64,000 nucleotides of DNA from Bugula neritina (taxonomy: Eukaryota; Animalia; Bryozoa): contig OZ037772.1 of the NCBI GenBank assembly GCA_964035545.1, positions 10,662,818 through 10,726,817 on the forward strand. Reading direction: 5' to 3'. Below are positions 26,143 to 38,527 of this stretch, piece by piece; positions within the stretch are counted from its first letter, which is position 1; the number at the start of each line of letters is the position of its first letter. The notes under the pieces were generated by a model. The model made no database searches. It was not told the DNA's origin and worked only from the letters and a program-made list of their open reading frames with translations. Position numbers and translations under genes: made by a program.

Positions 26143-29100
26143 AACTACTACCTGCTACTGCTGCTACAAGTACTACTACTACTACTACTACTACTTCTAC
26201 TACTACTATTACTACTATTACTACTATTGCTGCTGCTGCCACTACTACCTCCTTTGGTAATTCTACTGATGACACACTGTTGTCACTTCAGGGGCCACAA
26301 CTCCTTACAGATATGGTTATGATACACCCACTTACTGGTCAGGAAATACCAATCATAGTTGGGGATAGTCATCTCCTGACTGCTAGCAACAATTCTAGAC
26401 TCGGTAAGACAACTCTAAGTCTATGATAAAGCTGTACTAGTTCAAGTTTCACTCAATAAGCTAATAAAATCTTTCAGAGGTTTGAAGAGCTCTCTGTTGC
26501 AAACCTATCATTTTCTAAGTGATATTTTTAGTGATAGATACAGGTTGTATGCTACTTTTTATTGCAGACCGTTATGAAAAGGCCGTAACGGTCCGCAATC
26601 GAAATTAGCTAAATAAATATGAAAAAACATGGAAATCAAGCAAAGTTAAAAAGAACCTTGAAAATTTAGATGTATTTATTGAAATTTTACTAGTTTTGGG
26701 CAAAAACCCATGTTCATTAGCAGCTAAATTGTAAAAAATATCTAAAAGCTAGAGATTTCCAGTGTGTACTAAATTAAGTAAAATAACCCAATTAAATGAA
26801 ATGAAAATTTTATAACAGAATGAATTTCATGTTCAGTTAATTTGACGTCTGCAGTTGACATACTTAGATTTTCGACACAGTATTGTTTGATGTAGTGACT
26901 CGAGTCTTCTTCATCCAGGTATCTCTGTGATGTGTGACGAGGATAAGGAGTTAACTAATCAGTTTGGTGTGAAGGCGGTACCGACTGTCCTAGACTCGCA
27001 GCACAGATTGTGCAACTCTGATTGGTTAGATGGGCTGAGCAGGGAGGAGGCTAGAGTCGTGTGTAGCGAGCGTCTGCAGGTAAATTTCCGTCCGTAGGTA
27101 AAAGTCTGTCTTGCGTATGTGGTGTACACAATGCGTGCAGTCCACGTATACCAGAGTGTTCTTGTGTTCAACTGCAAATCTGCCATAATATTATTATGAT
27201 AGTTGTTTCCTTTGCACGCTCCTTTCACTTATTGTAATTATATAAATATTGTATTTTGAGTCATTTTATCAAGTTTAGTGCATATTATATATCTTTAGTT
27301 TTTAGCTATTTTTCGAAGGTTAGCTGGTAGTGTATATAGTTTCTTGCAGTTGACTGATGAAATATTAATAAATACAGCGGAATAATCATGGCTTTTTTAA
27401 TTTTGCTTGATGTTCTATGTTTCTTCCTAATTTATTTGTAAATTTAAGTGTGCAGACGGTTATGGGAAAACCGTATCTTTCCTGTCAGTGCTATTGCTGC
27501 GAACAACTTTTGCCTGTGTATTTCACCATCGTAAAGGGGGGGGGGGTGCACTCGCCAACCTGTACCTACTCAGACTGTAGGGTGCTGTGAACGCATACTG
27601 AGTCTAAATTTGTGTCGATACAGAAGTTGAAGATTGGCGGATGGCCCACAAGTTCTGAGCTACGTGATTGGTTGATATCGAGGCAGCGGTACTGGGGTAC
27701 GCCTATACCCATAATTCATTGTCCTTCCTGCGGCATTGTTCCTGTCCCGGATGATCAGCTTCCTGTTGTCCTGCCAGAAGTTGATTCAATCACCCGAGAA
27801 GAAGGAAACCCCCTGATATCTAACAGCGAGTGGATCAATACCCCCTGCCCAAAGTAATCTATAAACCCCCTGGTATTTTATTCAGCTTCACTACTGTGAA
27901 TGCATTATAAATAACACATTATATGTAGTCTCAGCATACTATATTATAGTCCTAGATTACAAGTACAATAGTCCTAGAACATATGCTTTAGTCCTTGCCT
28001 TCAGTTTCTCCTTGTATTGTAAAGAATATACGTGTGGTCTTAGCATTATGGTCCTCGAACGTATATGCTTTAGTTACTTGGTTTTTTTATGTGGATGCAT
28101 TATAAATAGCACATTACATGTAGTCTCAGCATACCACATTATAGTCCTAGAATACAAGTACTATAGTCCCGGAAAATATGCTGTAGTCCTAAAATATATA
28201 CTTTGTTTTCTTAAAACATATAGTCCTAGAAAATATGTTGCAATCCTAGATAATATGCTGTAGTCCTAAAACATTTGCTGTTGTAGTCCTAGAAAGGTGT
28301 TGTAGCAGGAGAAACATTGCTCGTAGAACAATCCTGTATATTGAAGGTGCGGAGGCGCAGGTAAAAGAGAAACAGACACAATGGATACGTTTGTAGACTC
28401 TTCCTGGTACTTCTTGAGGTTCACTGACCCCCACAACGTCAGTCAGCCCTTCTCTAAGCTTGCTGCCGATCATCTTATGCCTGTAGACGTCTACGTGGGC
28501 GGAGCTGAACATGGTATTTCTCTTTTAATTGGTTGTAACACTCGTACCTGCTAATAGTAGTCCTGCACTAAATTACCAACAACTTGTCTTACTGATCCAT
28601 GAATAAGCCCTTTGCCCGATTTAACAAAAACCCTTTCTATCCGGGATTTCTCACTATTTCTCCACTACAAAACTTGTCCAAGTTTTTGTTAGGCTGCTGC
28701 AATGAAACGTAGACTTTAATAGTCAATATTACAATATTTACTCATTCCGTAGAAAATGCAACTATTTTTTTTATTATTACTCATATTTTCATAATTACGT
28801 TGAATTTGTTTATATGTATTCGATTATTTCTCTCTCTTGTACATTATTTCAGCTATTCTGCATATGTATTATAAAAATGAAATATTTATATTTTCATTGT
28901 CACTCATGATTTCATTACAATGCTATACACCTTGTATATTTGGTGAGTTATTATAATTGAATTATTTCAGCTATCCTGCACATGTATTACGCCCGATTCT
29001 TCTCTCACTTCCTGTACGACCAGGGCTGGACGTCACATCGAGAGCCGTTCAAGTACCAACTTGCTCTCGGCACGGTTCACTCAGACTGCTACAAACTCTC

Positions 29101-32100
29101 TGACTCAGGGAGGTATCTTCATAGAGACAGTGTCAAAATAAAAGGTTTGTAATTTTTTATATGAAATGATTGTTGCTATGGTAACAGCGCTGTTGTTTTC
29201 ATATTCTCATTGGAAAACTTCATCTTTCACCTCTCTCTCTTATTTCAAAAACTTCTGATTATATTGTGATAAAATACACGCTGTCTGCGTTAGCATGTTC
29301 TAGCTACTTTATGTTTTCTCTATTTCCTGTTTCAACTACTTCCTCTTTCGGCTACTTCCTGTGTTAGCTCCTTCCTGTTTTAACTACTTCCTATTTTCTC
29401 TATTTCCTCTTTAACTACTTCCTGTTGTAGCTACTTCCTGTTGTAGCTACTTCCTGTTTTAACTACTTCCTGTTTTAACTACTTCCTGTTTTAGCTACTT
29501 CCTCTTTCAACTCCTTATCGCACACTAAATTCTCTGTTGTCAGGTGATGAAGTTACAGAGAGATCATCCGGACGTCCCGTAACGCATACAGTAGAGAAGA
29601 TGAGCAAGTCTAAGCTGAACGGAGTCAACCCCAATGTATGTCAAGTCACTGACTGATAGCTTTGAGCTGTGTTACACTGTCAACTGTAAATCTACTTAAT
29701 AATGCTTAGTGTTGTGTATTAGTGAAAGGCAACTGTTGTTTCAGCCAATCCAGCAGTTTTCTCTATGATAACTTATTGTCTATGTAGCTGCATTAGCCAT
29801 GTTTGAAAAGAGAGGGGCAATTTTTCTTAAGGAGAGTTTTCTTATTTAAGTTGAATTGTTTCAGAATTTGTTTGAATAGTCATTTTGGCCCAAAATCTGT
29901 GTGATTAATTTTTTTGGATTCTAGAGGTTAGTATGTAATCTGTATTTAGCATAGTGATGTCCACCGTACTGTAGCAATAGTAAGACATGTGCACCTGAGT
30001 GTTCCTGTAGTGAAATACATAGCGTCGTTCCTTTACAGGATGTGGTGAGCAAACACGGGGTGGATCAGACCCGGCTCTATATGCTAGCCAACGCTAACCC
30101 TCGGGCTGTTAAAGTGTGGAGCCCTAGTCTAGCAGATAAACTTGCTTTCCCTCATGGTAAACGTAAGTGGAATTTGTCTACAGCCATAGCGCTTAATGCT
30201 GGTGTACCATTTATTACTTTTACCTTGGAGTTATCATCTCTGACTATTTGGAATTATCTTAACTCCTTTATATATAACTAATACTACTCTATATATAACC
30301 AATACTACTTTATATATAACTAATACTCCTCTATATATAACTAATACTACTCTATATATAACTAATACTACTCTATATATAACTAATACTTCACTTTAGA
30401 AATAGTAATTCCAAAGTGGATTCACACACTCTGGCATACAGTCGGTATCATCAAGTCCAGACGTGAGCAACTGCGGCCAGACGAACTCGTAGACATGGAG
30501 ACAGACGAAGAGACAATCAGACGGATAAATATTACGAGAAACTCCACTGTTCGGGCCGCGTCACTTCACCTTAACCTGACCTTCAACTTACACGACGTCG
30601 TCCGTGTGCTGTATGAAAGTCTGCAAACGCTGGATGTGAGTTTATGATATACAGTCATACTCATGTCTGTAAAACTTGAATCGTTGTGAATTTGAAACAT
30701 AGAACCATGAGCTGTTACAATTCTTATTTGATAACGTCTCTACTTTGGTGAAAAATTAGCTGCTAAACTATATATATAATTTAGTTAGTTAATCCTAATC
30801 ATGTCTTTGTGTCAACTTAAAATATGTGATTTCACCATTTCCCGTTATTCAAAAGTAGCGATGCTCCTTTTGTGTTCAAATAAATGGGTATTAGATAATT
30901 TTGGGCGGACATTTCTTCTGAGTGAGAAATGTGACACAAAGTTGAAAAAAAAATTAAATTTGAAACACGGAAATATAAGCTAATGTAGATTTTAAATAAT
31001 GCTGTCTATATATTGGTGAAAAGGTTAGCTGCTGAGCTGTTTCTAAAGTCAACTTTTTTCAAATCATTCAAAAATAAAAATGTTTTCAAATGCATCTAAA
31101 CTGATGTGAAACTCAGTTTATACTACAAGATATCTCCAATACTGTTTACTTACTCTACAGTCATTTTTTTACCATAGAAAGTTGATCTCAACACTAAGAT
31201 ACTGAACAAGGAATTTGAGAGATGTTTTGCAGACATGCTCATACTCCTGCATCCCTTCGCGCCACACGTCACAGCGGAATTGTGGGAAGGACTGAGATCA
31301 TCTCCCAGACTCCCCTCATCTCAGTCTCACAACGTCAAATGGGTACGCAGCGTTTTAACCAACTCGCATAATGAGTTACAAACTGCTCTAAATTTCATGT
31401 TTCTTCCTAATTAATATTCATTGAATTTTTAAAGCTAGTGCCATACGAAGGAAGCGGATAAGTGAACTGTTTTGTGCGGGTTTCATGCGTCAAAAGCTGA
31501 ATACTGCGGAAAATTTCTGCAGTAGGGATCTAATTGGCTGATTACTATATAGTGAATCCATTTTCTACGTTTCAATTTCTAAGTTTTTTGATGATGTTAC
31601 CTGCTATACTATCAGCTAATTAGCTATTAGATAAACCCAATCCACTCATTCAACTACTTATTCTATCTGTTAGTTGATAATACAACAAAAAGGGCGCTTA
31701 AAACACATTTCTTTATCTTTTTACCCAGTAGACTAATAGTATTTTGTGTTACATACTACATAGTAAACCCAGTAGACCAATGGTGTTTTGTGTTACATCA
31801 GGGTAAACTCTGAGGTAGAACAGTGATTCTAGTAAGCTTATAAGGTGCAGCTTTCTATCTGTGTATTCGGGTTGTCTGTATTAAACTAGGAGGAAGAAAT
31901 ATTCACACAAGAGTGGCCTGTGGTAGATGGAGGTTATAAACTTAGGCTACAAGTCGTAGAAGCTCAGTCTACAGATGAAGATAGTCTAATTTATTCAGAA
32001 ACTGATGATGCAGAAGCTGACCAATCAAACGTGAGCTTAGATATATCTTGCTATCTTATTCTATATTTACTATGACTCATACAAGTAAAGTCAACTACGG

Positions 32101-32462
32101 ATGCTATTTTAGAATTTAGCTTAGAATCATCGAATATTAACAGTCAAAGTTGGGGCATTATGGAATAGACCCTAATTACTTATAAAGACACGTAATAAAT
32201 ATTTTATTTTCAGCCTGAACTCTCATCATCTGCCACCCACAAGAATTCTGCAAACATCTACCTCCCCGCAAAAGATTTCTATGATATGAATGTGACTCAG
32301 GCTGTCAATATTGCCTTAGACTCCAATAGTTTAGTCCTCTCTAGGCCGGGTGGGTCTGTACCCTCCCTTGCTAATAACTGTAGACTAAATGTTGTACCCA
32401 ATGCTGGGGCTTTACTTACTGTAAGCGATGACTTTCAAATTATAGGCAAAGGTGAAGATTAA
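21557..32462 (+). CDS. LARS2: Leucine--tRNA ligase, mitochondrial
   Basis: Predicted exons 21557-21640, 22029-22119, 22673-22812, 23248-23339, 24280-24430, 24680-24823, 25188-25301, 25592-25708, 26292-26403, 26919-27079, 27624-27853, 28347-28513, 28971-29144, 29544-29635, 30039-30162, 30400-30635, 31178-31342, 31890-32030 and 32214-32462 (TAA). Motifs [13 protein letters not shown] (HIGH), [62 protein letters not shown]. Bacterial-type LeuRS with an N-terminal presequence-like segment. Confidence 0.97.
23348..23728. repeat. ~25-bp actacttgactatatactctgt(a/g)ta minisatellite, ~15 copies
   Basis: Begins just after the LARS2 donor at 23340. Confidence 0.95.
24505..24660. repeat. ~27-bp gagttt..tctgcatattacactct minisatellite
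   Basis: About 5-6 degenerate copies before the acceptor at 24679. Confidence 0.8.
25779..26250. repeat. (CTA)n/(CTG)n trinucleotide microsatellite in a LARS2 intron
   Basis: Direct inspection; gives spurious poly-Ser and poly-Val ORFs. Confidence 0.95.
27900..28295. repeat. Degenerate tagtcctagaa repeats with an internal duplication (27900-27990 vs 28095-28190)
   Basis: atgcattataaata.cacatta.atgtagtctcagcatac...tagtcctaga.tacaagtac occurs twice. Confidence 0.75.
28600..28654 (+). mobile_element. SINE 3' fragment
   Basis: gaataagccctttgcccgatttaacaaaaaccctttctatccgggatttctcac resembles the SINE 3' half. Confidence 0.55.
29320..29512. repeat. 17-bp (a/g)ctacttcctgtt(t/g)ta minisatellite
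   Basis: About 10 copies before the acceptor at 29543. Confidence 0.85.
30268..30390. repeat. 21-bp tatatataactaatactactc minisatellite
   Basis: About 6 copies ending 10 bp before the acceptor at 30399. Confidence 0.9.
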
Positions 32463-33728
32463 TTTTAAGTCACATGTTAACTATTAATAGTATTGCATTG
32501 CTCTGAAATTGTTTCTATTGACTCATTTTGCAAGGAAACACTAGTGTGTAGTATTGTACAGCTTGTATCCGTTTTTATTAACTTTTTTAGTTTTTTTTCT
32601 CTCGAAGAAGTGACTAATGATATATGTTTGTAAAATAGTCTCAATAAAATGATGTAGCCTCTATGCTACACATTAAGTGAAATCTTCGCTAACTTCTTAA
32701 GGGAATGGGAGAGATTTCTAGAGAAAATGAGAGAGCCTAAGTGATAGCAAATGTTCTATTGTCTAAAAATAGCCTGTGTGCCATGCAGAATGTGTAACTC
32801 ATTATGAAAAGCTATTGTTCACATACACTATTCTTGCAAAGTAAATTAAAATGGAATAAAAATACCAATAATCATATAAAGTAGATTTTAATGGAGGTTT
32901 TGTGGTTTTAGACTGTTTGCATAATATACTGCATATTTTCTGCAACCTTTACCACATTTACTTTGACATTATTTATATATTTATCCTCAATGGGTTTTCT
33001 ATCACACAGGTGAACGTAATATCTTTTCTAGCCAAAATAAACTTTCATGTCCAAAAGACAAGCATTCTCATTGGCTCCACTATCTCCATAATATTACATG
33101 GATCTAGTTCAATCAAATATTTGTCTGCCATATCTCTCTACTTGACAAGTTGAAGATGCATATAAAATACTAAACTTCGGTATAAAGTTAATCCCCTTGT
33201 AAACAACAATAATCATAAATACTTTCACTCTAGTATTTACTTTATACTCTTTTCTTTTCAGTAAGTCAACGTGTTGGTATATTCTATTTCACCAACCAAC
33301 CCGCACTGATTTCCAAAACAATAATTTTTTAACAAAGTTTAGATTATTCAAACTATTTTATTTTTTCTGCAATTATTTAAATAAATACAAAAGAATATTT
33401 ATTGTTTTTTACTACCTTTTTACCAAATATGACTCCTTGCGTATTTACAGTTAGGCCATTTCAGTGGCTAATTTTCTTGCAGATTTAGTAACCAAGTTTA
33501 TCCAATTAAAGAGATGCTTCAGTCTTGAAAGCTTTCTAATAGGCTATATAGCCTGTGTACTGGTGATATTGTCTGAGGCAGGTGGACTACCCCTCCCCTA
33601 TCCTTTGAGAGATTGACAAGCACTCTCATTGGTTATCTCTTCAGCCAAGGGAGATTAGGTCAGCTTGCTGTACGTTGCTCTAGCTGTTCCACATTGAAGG
33701 TGTACTTTGTTCTTAACACTTATTCAAC

Positions 33729-36700
33729 ATGGCTGATATCAGGGTATGTGATATATTATTTTATTTATATTTCTAAACAAATTTTATCAGTTTTCTTGAT
33801 TTGTTACATAATATATGTAATAATTATTATAGTAGCTTGTCTTATTTTTCTATATTTCATCAATTGCCAAGTTACTTTAACCTCTATGGCTATGCCTAAA
33901 GGTGGTGCAGTAATGGGAAAAAATCAGAAGAGCAAAGGAACTTTTTAACCTGCACTCCAAAGCAAGCTTTATAATGTTTTGCCTAGTGTAGTTTGCAAAG
34001 TTTTTAATATATTTTTAATTTGGCACATTTGAGTTTAGAATGCCAGAGTGCGATTTTAAATTCAAAGGTTATACTAAAAGGTGTCACTACTTCTATGATT
34101 TGTGACCAACTAACTCTATTTTTTCCTTCTCAGATAATGTATTGTTGGCTCTAATGTTGATTAATGTGTGAAAATAGGAGTTTACCTTGAGCTATATCAT
34201 GAGTGTATTACTATTATTACATCTGCCCATCAAATAATGGAACCTAAACTCTATCATGAAAATATAACCAACTTTTAGTCTGAATTCAACAATATATTGT
34301 TCTAGTTTAAATAGCTACCCAGCAATGTGTACATTTGAAACTTTGGTATTTTTGAATTTTATCTAAAATGGTTTGCAATAAAAGAAAATGTTCATATGTT
34401 ATCTATATATAACATGTTATTATGTAATATATTTCTATTTATAGGTATGCGACAAGTTCAACATGGATGATGATTGCATCATGGCTGCCCCATGTACTCC
34501 CATGTTAGATAATGGGTATGTTTATATGACCCTTTTCATATGCTGCCAGATATGGGCAGCTCTTGTGTATTTGGCAGCATGTTTCTATATCAGAAGCTGC
34601 CTACAGAAGTTCTATTATATCTCATTAATTCTACTTGAACCAGAATGCAGTGACCATGTTGTACGCTGATAACATATTGTACATAGTAGAGTAAAACCTC
34701 AGTTTATAGCCGCTATACCTGTAAGAGCCCTGATGGAAAAGTTGTTTAAATCAGGCTAAGGATTTATTCAGATGTGGCACAGGAGCAATTATGACTGGAT
34801 GCTCTTCCTAATATCTCCAATGACCTTTGTCTGGTTCAAACCCATGACCTCGTGTTTACTAAGCTAGCGCTCTAAGCCCTAGACCATGATGGCTCTCGGA
34901 ATAAATGCAGCATAAATTTAGTTAAAATTTTATATCACTTGTAAATCTTTATTTAGTTACGCTAATTCTTGTGTCTTTATAAAAAAATTGTATGATTTAG
35001 ACTTAAAGCTAAAAGAAAGCTGCTCTACCTGAATTGTTCCGTAAGCAGCTCGGAGTTGGGGGTAATTGAGTGCAATAGTTTGGGATTCTTAAGTTTGCAG
35101 TTGGGGGACCTAACTCTAAACCTGAGAATCCCAAACTATTACACTCGGTCACCCCCAACTAGGAGCTACTATAGAATGGTTCGCTCTACTTGTGCTCATT
35201 GCCAACTCACTTTAATGTATTCTTTCTCATCTGTTTGGAGTTGCCCGCACATTCTTAATGCCTTTTTGATGTACCGGAGTGAATAATTGCCTGTCTGCTG
35301 CATATTATTGTTGAAGACTCTGTTTATAATTGGATCAGCGTTGTTTGCTGTCAGTTTTCTTTGGCAGCTATTGAAATGTTTGTCTTTCTGGGGAAATCAA
35401 GTTTTTGTCCCATTATAAAATATTCAGAGCTTTTTGTCTGTAGACATGCTAAAATAATATACTAGGTGAATGTTATATGCTAGCTAATTCATAGTAATTG
35501 CCCCTTCTGTGTTTCATTTTTTAAACAGTTTTCACACCAGAAGGGTGCATAGAAAGTTGTGAGAAAGTCGTTTTTTGTTCCCATAATGTAATAAAATGTA
35601 TAAATATTCACACATTTCTTTAAATGCTGTTTATTGTAATTTGTTGAAAGTATATTATCTGTTTATGCAGTTGATATGACGCCTATATTACTCTGCCAGT
35701 AGTGGTAGGATGTGCAAATATATTTTCACTCTATTCTCTCTCATTTTATATCTATTAAATAGATTATTTTATTTCGTATAAAGAAACTAGTATATTATCA
35801 TTTTTCTGTTAATGTATGTACATCTTTCACTGAGTTAAAAGGTTTTATATGTTTCTACTAAAATTTGTCATGATTATTTGCATTATTACATGGTTAGTAT
35901 CATCTTTTTACAGGGATGTGAATTTGGAAGGATTTGAAGCGTATGCAGATAACATGGTTACTACCGGAATAAATAGTTTATTTGGTGAGTGGCTTACATG
36001 TGTGCGTACAGAATCTAAGGTCACACTGTGATTCAGTAACAATTTCATAGCATATATTGCCTTAACATCTTCTAGAAGAAACTTCAAGACTAAGTTCTAG
36101 AAGTGTCACAGTGAATATTATATGGGACATGCAGTTCTGCTCCGTATCCCATAAGCCATGTTACCAGTATGACTTGAGGCTAGGTTTTTTAAACCACCTC
36201 AACATTCTCACCATCCAATTCTCTCACATGTTACAACTATGAAGAGGCGTTACGTAACTCTGGTATATTGTTTAGTGAACGGGACACTGGGAGAGGGGAT
36301 GAGCATGACTGTGACCGAAAGAAAGGCAGCTTTAGAAGAGTGGATCAAACTGAAAGCCGACAGGTTTAAGACTATCATAGCACATGTTAGCTGCAGTTCC
36401 ATCAGAGATACAACAGAACTTGCTAAGCACGCTGCGGGTGTAAGTGTAACTTCCCCTCTATCTTGTACACTTATACCATGATCTTGCTACAAATTTTTTT
36501 GTATATACACTAAATTAAGTTGCTGTCACTTTTTCCTTAATCACATATAACTTGTGGTATTTAATTCATGCTATATGTACATATTATATAACAAAGTTAT
36601 TTATCTTATATTTTATGAATCATTTGGTATTCTATTGGATTTATTCTCAGTTTTATATTATATTTATGCTCTAGAATGTATTCAGGGTCACCTCTGTGCA

Positions 36701-38527
36701 ATATGATATCCTGTAGATTATACTTTATACTGTAGATTACCACTACATGCGCTGTAGATTATACTTTATACTACAGATTTACTCTATTGTACTGTAGATT
36801 ATACTTGTATCTACTGTAGATAATATTTTATGCTGTAGATTATACTTTATACTGTATTTTATACTATAATATATATACTGCAAATTTACTCTATATATAC
36901 TGCAGATTATACTTTATATATGCTGTAGGTTTACTCTATTATACTGTAGAATACACTTTGTACTGCAGGCTGGAGCTGATGCTATTGCCGTCATGTGTCC
37001 GACCCTCTTCAAGCCCTCCTCCATCTCTCAACTGGTCAAGTACCTTAAGGCTGTTGCCGATCAAGCACCTGACACTCCCTTTCTCTACTATGACATCAAC
37101 GTGCTGACAGGTGTCATCTGTGAGTACTCTGTATGCTGCCAGTTACTGCATGTAAATCTTCTCTTTCTCCTTGTATTTGCTGCAAAATATTTTTGAATGA
37201 GTCATGAAAGTCAGTTTGATTTTGCGGTAGTTTTTCAAATATTTTAATGTCTATAGTGAGTGTTAATCAGTAATTAGATTCGTCATTATTCTAGTTGACA
37301 CGGGAGAGGTGATGAGGCAATGCAAGGCTGAGATTGCATCATTCTCCGGCATCAAGTACAGCTGCAGAGAACTTGGCAACTTTGAGGCAGCACAGCTGGA
37401 GTCAGAGAATGGAAGATACAAGTTGGCTGTAGGGGCGGTGGATGAGGTGCGTTGATAGAAAGTAAAACAGTTCTTAGAACTGTGGTTAGATTCTTAGCTT
37501 AGAGGTTGAATATTTTTTATTATATAATTTTGTATCCAAATTAAATTTTGATGCGTTATTTATACAAGTGTTTACTATATCTAGGTTACGTGACGTGGTG
37601 CCACAGATTCTGTGTATCTACTTACTAATTCTGGCCTCAGTTGTTACATTTTTAGTTTGAATGTTGAATTTTGAAGTTTTAAGTGTTGAATTCGCTTTAT
37701 TGTTTTTTGTATTGATCACTTCCAAATAGTATTGGTCAATATTGATTGTTTATTTATATTGATCATGTTTTTGTCACTGCTGTAGGTCTTTCTTGTCACC
37801 ATTATGTCATATGACTCATGCTTTGATCATGTGACTTATTTGACAGATGTTGTTGCCATGGCTACCTCTAGGAGCACATGTTCCCATCTGTCACTCCTTG
37901 ATGGGTACTATACACAGAGCCACCAGAGAAGCATACCAAGCTGGTGATATGAAAGCTGCCCTGGCGAGTCAGGATTCTGCTCAGAAAGTTGGCATCATCA
38001 AACGAAAATATGGTAAGATATTTCTCAAAGTTTTGTTTTTCCTAGTTTCTGGTACAGGCAGGTATGTGGATAGTTGCAGACGTATCACAAAAGCAGCCAT
38101 CTTGCTTTTAGTTTTGTCTGCTGAACACTATTTTCAGTATTTCAGTATTAGATTTATTTGGCGACTGTAGCTCTAATTATCTTTAAAATTTTTTATTTTT
38201 GTCTGCGATTTAGTTACACGGACACCAAATAAATATGATTTTTTATGAGTGAAAGTTAATTTGAAGCTTTACAAATTAGATCTGACATAATATGGTTTTT
38301 CTAGGTAATTGTTTATTAGGACTTATTGTTGAATACATGCATTTTTTGCTTTTATACATCTATTTAGTTTATATGTGTTGATAGGTTCAGATATTCCAAT
38401 CTCAAAAGCTATCCTTAGAATGATGGGGGTAGACATGGGCCCCGTAAGACTACCTCTTCAGGATATGACCCCTGAGGCTTATGAGCAGCTCCAATCGGAA
38501 CTCAAAGCCGTCAACTTTCTGCCCTAA
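33729..38527 (+). CDS. NPL: N-acetylneuraminate lyase-like class I aldolase (DHDPS/NAL family)
   Basis: Predicted exons 33729-33743, 34445-34515, 35914-35984, 36276-36439, 36969-37119, 37295-37446, 37847-38012 and 38385-38527 (TAA). Motifs AAPCTPM, FVNGTLGEGMSMTVTERK, ELAKHAAGAGADAIAV, PFLYYDI, GIKYS (Schiff-base Lys), GAVDE, GVDMGPVRLPL. Confidence 0.85.
34701..34897 (-). mobile_element. tRNA-derived SINE copy, full length
   Basis: Same core and head as 11670-11864. Confidence 0.87.
35042..35173. mobile_element. MITE-like family A copy
   Basis: agttggggg...aatagtttgggattct / agaatcccaaactatt...cccccaact; near-perfect long hairpin. Confidence 0.75.
36710..36965. repeat. ~19-bp ctgtagattatactttata minisatellite
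   Basis: Degenerate array running into the NPL acceptor at 36968. Confidence 0.8.

Noticed and set aside
25729-26275. Poly-Ser and poly-Val ORFs
   Set aside because: Antisense translation of a (CTA)n microsatellite inside a LARS2 intron.
29320-29512. Cluster of ETS-like ACTTCCTGT motifs as an enhancer
   Set aside because: Explained by minisatellite expansion; no independent evidence of regulatory function.
30151-30168. Tandem donors 6 nt apart in LARS2 (gtaaac / gtaagt)
   Set aside because: At most a 2-aa variant; the downstream GTAAGT is clearly stronger and this arrangement is common.
21557-38527. Bacterial-like LeuRS and aldolase as recent horizontal transfer or contamination
   Set aside because: Both are intron-rich with host repeats and correspond to standard animal LARS2 and NPL-family genes.
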